Part shown: positions 35,578 through 39,431 of the stretch, piece after piece
How positions within the stretch are numbered: position 1 is the stretch's first letter
Layout of the letters: each line of letters starts with the position of its first letter
Source of the DNA: Chthoniobacteraceae bacterium
GTDB taxonomy: Bacteria > Verrucomicrobiota > Verrucomicrobiia > Chthoniobacterales > Chthoniobacteraceae
Reading direction: 5' to 3'
DNA length: 39,431 nucleotides
NCBI GenBank assembly: GCA_040081625.1
Contig: JBEBGD010000046.1
Span: forward strand, 1-39,431
Notes under the pieces: generated by a model
What the model saw: only the letters and a program-made list of their open reading frames with translations
What the model was told of the DNA's origin: nothing
Databases searched by the model: none
Translations under genes and position numbers: made by a program

Positions 35578-38500
35578 ATGAAATTTCTGGATCGATTTAG
35601 ACGAAAAGGCCAAGAGGGCGAAGAAGAGGATATACCGACAGAGTCGGCGCGCGACCTTGCCGCCGCGGCACTGAAGAAAGCCAAGACCCCGCAGCCGCGG
35701 CCGGATGCGCCCGGCGCCGCGACATCCGCCCCGGAAAGCGATGCCTCCGCACCTGCCGCCACCGGCCCGCGCAAGGAGGAGACGATCACATTTAACCTCG
35801 GCGATTTCCTGCCGCGCATCCCCACGCAACTGCTGCTCGCGAAGGAGCACGATACGTCGATGCCGATGGTCTTCGACGCCGCGGAACTTTCGGCGCGCAT
35901 CGCGCGAGGGCAGACCACGATCCCGCTTTCGGAAATCTACAGGCGCACCCCGAAGATTTTCCGCGGCGAAATCCGCGAGTCCGACAACATCGAGATTCGA
36001 TTCCCGTGGCAGAAGCTCCTCGAGCTGGTCAAGGGCGCCGACGCGTCCGGCGAGCAGCCGAAACTCTCCGACGCCGCGGCTGAGGCGCTCGCGCAGAAAC
36101 TTCGCAACCGCAAGCGCGGCGCCGAGCCCGGTGCAGAGCGTGCGGCGCAGCCGCATTTCCCCGGCGTGCCCCGGCAGCCGACCTGGTTCAGCCGGCCCAC
36201 CGCCGCGGGCGCTGCGCCGACGGAGCTCAAGCCCGTCGAACCTGGGCCACCCGCCTCCGCGCCAGCGCCAGCCTCCGCGCCACCGCCTGCCGGGCCGCTG
36301 CCCGTTTTCTCCGCTGTTCCCTCGCACGTCCCGACCGTGGCGCCCGGGCCCTCGAAGCCGCCGGCGAGCGTCCAGCCGCAAGCGCCGGTTCCGGTCGCCA
36401 AGGATGAAGGCGCTCTCTCGGTGGAAGTCACGCGGCTCGATGAAGCGACCGCGATCGAAGTCGCCCGTCTGCGTGCCGGCTACGAGGCGACCATCGCCGG
36501 GATCAAGGCGGAACAGGCCCGCATCGCCATCGAGCGCGACGAGGCCCTGGCCGAGCTACAGAGTGCGCTGGAGCAGACGTCGCAGCCTGCAGCGACTGGT
36601 GGCGAAGTCGAGGCGCTGCAGCGCGAGATCGAGACGCTCCGCAATGGCAGCGAAGCCCGGATGCGCGAGATTCAGTCGCTCCAGGCCCAGCTCGACGAAC
36701 ACCGGCTCCTTTCCAGCACCGAAGTCGCATCCATCGTGCAGGAGCGCGACGAACACCGTTCCACCCGCGAAGCTCGTGAGCAGGAGTTGGCCGCCTTGCG
36801 TGCCGACGCCGATGCGCGCGACCGCGAACTTGCTGCGTTGCGCGACCGCCTTGCACAAGTCGAGCAGAGCGCGAACGAGGCCATGCGCGAGCGCGACGCC
36901 CAGCGCGTCGCGATCGAGGAGCGCACGCGCGAACTCGAGGCGAAGCAGGCCGAGGCCCAGCGTCAGGCCACCGAGGCGCACGAGCGCGAAGTCGCCGCCT
37001 TGCGTGCCGATGCCGCTGCCCGCGAGAGTGAACTTTCCGCGATGCGCGACCGCCACGCGCAGGTCGAGCAGCGTGCAGCCGAGGCAGCGCGCGAACGCGA
37101 TGCCCAGCGTGTCGCGATCGAGGAGCGCACGCGCGAGCTCGAGGCGAAGCAGGCCGAAGCCCAGCGGCACGCGAAAGACGCGCACGGGAAGGAACTCGCT
37201 GCCTTGCGCGCCGAGACCGAAGCGCGAGCCCGCGAACTGGCCGCGCTGAGCGATCGCCACGCGCAGGTCGAGCAGAGTGCGGATGCAGCCATGCGCGAGC
37301 GCGACGCCCAGCGCGCGGCGCTGGAGGAGCGGACGCGGGAACTTGAAGCGAAGCACGCCGAGGCACAGCGGCAGGCGAAGGAAGCGCACGGCAAGGAACT
37401 TGCCGCATTGCGCGCCGAGACGGAGACGCGTGAGCGCGAACTTGCGGCGCTGCGCGACAGCCACGCGAAAGTCGAGCAGACCGCGAGCGACGCGGCGCGT
37501 GAGCGCGCGGCGCTGGAGGAGCGGACGCGGGAACTTGAAGCGAAGCACGCCGAGGCACAGCGGCAGGCGAAGGAAGCGCACGGCAAGGAACTTGCCGCGT
37601 TGCGCGCCGAGACAGAGACGCGCGACCGCGAACTTGCGGCGCTGCGCGACAGCCACGCGAAAGTCGAGCAGACCGCGGCCGAGGCCGCTCGCGAACGGGA
37701 TGCCCAGCGCGTCGCGATCGAGGAGCGAACGCGCGAACTCGAGGCGAAGCAGGCCGCGGCTCAGCGGCACGCGAAGGACGTGCATGGGAAGGAACTCGCG
37801 GCCCTGCGCGGGGAGACCGAAGCGCGGGCGAGAGAGATCGCCGCGTTGCACGACCGTCACGATGAAATCGAGAAGGCCGCCGCCGAGGCCACCCGCGAAC
37901 GGGATGCCCAGCGCGCCGCACTGGAGGAGCGGTCGAAGGAACTCGAGACGACCCACGCCGAGGCCCAGCGGCAGGCGAAGGAAGCGCACGAACGTGAACT
38001 GGCCGCGTTGCGCGAGCGCCTCGCGCAGGTCGAGCAGACCGCGAACGAAGCCATCCGCGAGCGCGATGCAAAGGCCGTCGAACTCGAAGAACGCATGGGC
38101 GCTTTCGATGCGATCCAGTCCGAGGCCCGCCGCCAGACCCGGGAACTCGATCAGGAGAAGGCAAATTTCAACATGCTCCAGCGCACGGCTGAAGCGGGAA
38201 TCGCCGCCATCACCGGTGAGCGCGATCGGTTGCACTCGGCCCTCACGGCGCGCGAGTCGGAGCTGGGCGCGGTGCAGAAGCGGCTGGAGCAATTTTCCGT
38301 CGCCGCGAAGGCCGAGCTGGGCGAAGCCGACGCCGAGCGCGAGCGCTTGCGGGTCGAAGCCGAGTCGCTCGCGCAAACCCTCGCCGCCGCGAAAGCCGAG
38401 CTCGCCGCGCTCAACCAGTCGCAGACAGCGCAGGTGCAGGCGCTCACGCGCGAGCGCGACACTCTCACGCAGCAGAAGCAGCAACTTGCCGATCAAGTCG

Positions 38501-39431
38501 CCGCCGCACAGCAAGCCGACAGTGCGCGCGCCGAGGCGCAGCGTGCGGAAGGAGAGCGTTCGCAGAGGCAGGTGGACGAAGCCCAGCGCCGCATCGCTGC
38601 GCTCGAGGCCAGCCAGCGTGAAGTCGCCCAGGATCTCACCCGCGAGCGCGAGACCCGCATCAAGGCCGAGCGCGCCGCCGCCGCGGCGGATCGCACCCGC
38701 GCGGAATCCGCCACGCTCGTCGAGACGATGCGCAACGATACGCGGCGCGAGAATGAAGCCGCCGCGCGCAAGCGCGATGCCGAGATCGCCCGTGTCGGCA
38801 AGGAACTTCAGGACAAGCTCAACACCCAGATCGAAGTCAGCGACAGCCTCAAGCAGGAGCGTGACGCCCTCACGCGCCAGCGCGACGATTTGATCGCCGC
38901 CGAGACTGCCGGCCGCGAGGAACTCACGACGCTCCGGAGTGGCCTCGAAAAGAGCGCGGCGGAATTCGCCGTCCTGCGCGACGAGCGCGACAAGGCCGCC
39001 GCGCGGCTCAAGGCCATCGAGTCCGAGTTGTCCGAGACCGGCGAGCAGGCCCACGCGCAGCGGCAGCAGCTCATCGCCGACCGCGATCGCACCGCCGAGC
39101 AACTCCACGCCGCGCAGCAGCAGATCGAGGCCGAGCGCAAGACCCACGCGCACGAACTCAAGGAAGCCCGCGACGAAGCCGCGCTCAACTCGAAGCTCCG
39201 CGAGGAAGCCGCCGCCGCCGCCGAGGCGCGGGCCGAGGCCGAGCGCGATCTCGCCGAGGTTTCGCAGCATCTCGATGCGGCGCGCAAACGGATCGAGAAG
39301 CTCCAGCGCGAGCATGACGAAGTGCTCGCGAATCCGCCCGTCGCACCGGCGGTCGAATTCGTCGGCAACCTCGCCGGCGTCCTGACGACCGTTGCGTTCC
39401 TGCCGCAGGTCGTGCGCGCGTGGCGTACGCG
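35578..39431 (+). CDS. Very large coiled-coil protein with tandem repeats ending in a SemiSWEET/PQ-loop-like segment; runs off the window end
   Basis: Frame from ATG 35578 (MKFLDRFRRKG) stays open to the window end. Small globular N-domain, Pro/Ala linker, E/A/R-rich coiled coil, final residues VEFVGNLAGVLTTVAFLPQVVRAWRT. Confidence 0.8.
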   Translation, partial: MKFLDRFRRKGQEGEEEDIPTESARDLAAAALKKAKTPQPRPDAPGAATSAPESDASAPAATGPRKEETITFNLGDFLPRIPTQLLLAKEHDTSMPMVFDAAELSARIARGQTTIPLSEIYRRTPKIFRGEIRESDNIEIRFPWQKLLELVKGADASGEQPKLSDAAAEALAQKLRNRKRGAEPGAERAAQPHFPGVPRQPTWFSRPTAAGAAPTELKPVEPGPPASAPAPASAPPPAGPLPVFSAVPSHVPTVAPGPSKPPASVQPQAPVPVAKDEGALSVEVTRLDEATAIEVARLRAGYEATIAGIKAEQARIAIERDEALAELQSALEQTSQPAATGGEVEALQREIETLRNGSEARMREIQSLQAQLDEHRLLSSTEVASIVQERDEHRSTREAREQELAALRADADARDRELAALRDRLAQVEQSANEAMRERDAQRVAIEERTRELEAKQAEAQRQATEAHEREVAALRADAAARESELSAMRDRHAQVEQRAAEAARERDAQRVAIEERTRELEAKQAEAQRHAKDAHGKELAALRAETEARARELAALSDRHAQVEQSADAAMRERDAQRAALEERTRELEAKHAEAQRQAKEAHGKELAALRAETETRERELAALRDSHAKVEQTASDAARERAALEERTRELEAKHAEAQRQAKEAHGKELAALRAETETRDRELAALRDSHAKVEQTAAEAARERDAQRVAIEERTRELEAKQAAAQRHAKDVHGKELAALRGETEARAREIAALHDRHDEIEKAAAEATRERDAQRAALEERSKELETTHAEAQRQAKEAHERELAALRERLAQVEQTANEAIRERDAKAVELEERMGAFDAIQSEARRQTRELDQEKANFNMLQRTAEAGIAAITGERDRLHSALTARESELGAVQKRLEQFSVAAKAELGEADAERERLRVEAESLAQTLAAAKAELAALNQSQTAQVQALTRERDTLTQQKQQLADQVAAAQQADSARAEAQRAEGERSQRQVDEAQRRIAALEASQREVAQDLTRERETRIKAERAAAAADRTRAESATLVETMRNDTRRENEAAARKRDAEIARVGKELQDKLNTQIEVSDSLKQERDALTRQRDDLIAAETAGREELTTLRSGLEKSAAEFAVLRDERDKAAARLKAIESELSETGEQAHAQRQQLIADRDRTAEQLHAAQQQIEAERKTHAHELKEARDEAALNSKLREEAAAAAEARAEAERDLAEVSQHLDAARKRIEKLQREHDEVLANPPVAPAVEFVGNLAGVLTTVAFLPQVVRAWRT
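36784..38080 (+). repeat. Coding tandem repeat, 204 bp (68 aa) unit, six copies plus a partial one
   Basis: ELAALRA-type unit starts at 36784, 36988, 37192, 37396, 37588, 37792 and 37996 (spacings 204, 204, 204, 192, 204, 204). Confidence 0.9.

Noticed and set aside
36784..38080. CRISPR array or non-coding repeat
   Set aside because: Units are 204 bp, in frame, vary mostly at synonymous positions and have no unique spacers; this is a coding repeat.
36556..39315. 919-aa minus-strand ORF and other long antisense ORFs such as 470..1177, 22699..24339, 28420..30120 and 29597..30973
   Set aside because: Antisense or off-frame shadows of real genes, expected in high-GC DNA; no motifs of their own.

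Overview
High-GC bacterial DNA, most likely Verrucomicrobiota (Chthoniobacter/Spartobacteria-like, judged from the PVC-type DUF1549/DUF1553/DUF1501 genes and the PVC dehydrogenase-like gene). Left part (1-11 kb): a partial PVC-type dehydrogenase-like gene, TMEM14, a GH75-like lipoprotein, and a nitrate/nitrite-type ABC uptake operon (porin, two ATPases, permease, NrtS-like protein, Tat-exported binding protein, cytoplasmic NrtA paralogue) divergent from a LysR regulator. Centre (11029-22464): an 11.4 kb transposable element that can be delimited from the sequence itself. It has TGT...ACA ends with imperfect terminal inverted repeats, internal repeated end motifs and a 4-bp target duplication (TAGC), and it sits 14 bp downstream of the CCA end of tRNA-Val(GAC). 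It encodes a MuA/TnsB-like transposase whose second catalytic Asp appears to be Glu, a MuB/TnsC-like AAA+ ATPase with a long N-terminal extension, a phage-like divergent repressor/Ner-Cro switch, a translationally coupled chain of small genes and a tape-measure-like coiled-coil gene broken by one amber codon. I see no TniQ/TnsD, TnsA, Cas, integrase, capsid, portal or terminase gene. This candidate tRNA-targeting Mu-like transposon/satellite is the main finding. Right part (22.5-39.4 kb): core and PVC-typical genes (DUF2934, DUF853/HerA-like ATPase, AEC transporter, rpsU, DUF1549/1553, DUF1501, two TPM proteins, lemA, ribBA, hflX) and a >1280-aa coiled-coil protein with 68-aa tandem repeats that runs in frame into a SemiSWEET/PQ-loop-like segment at the window edge. 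All family assignments come from motif recognition by eye; no database searches were run.
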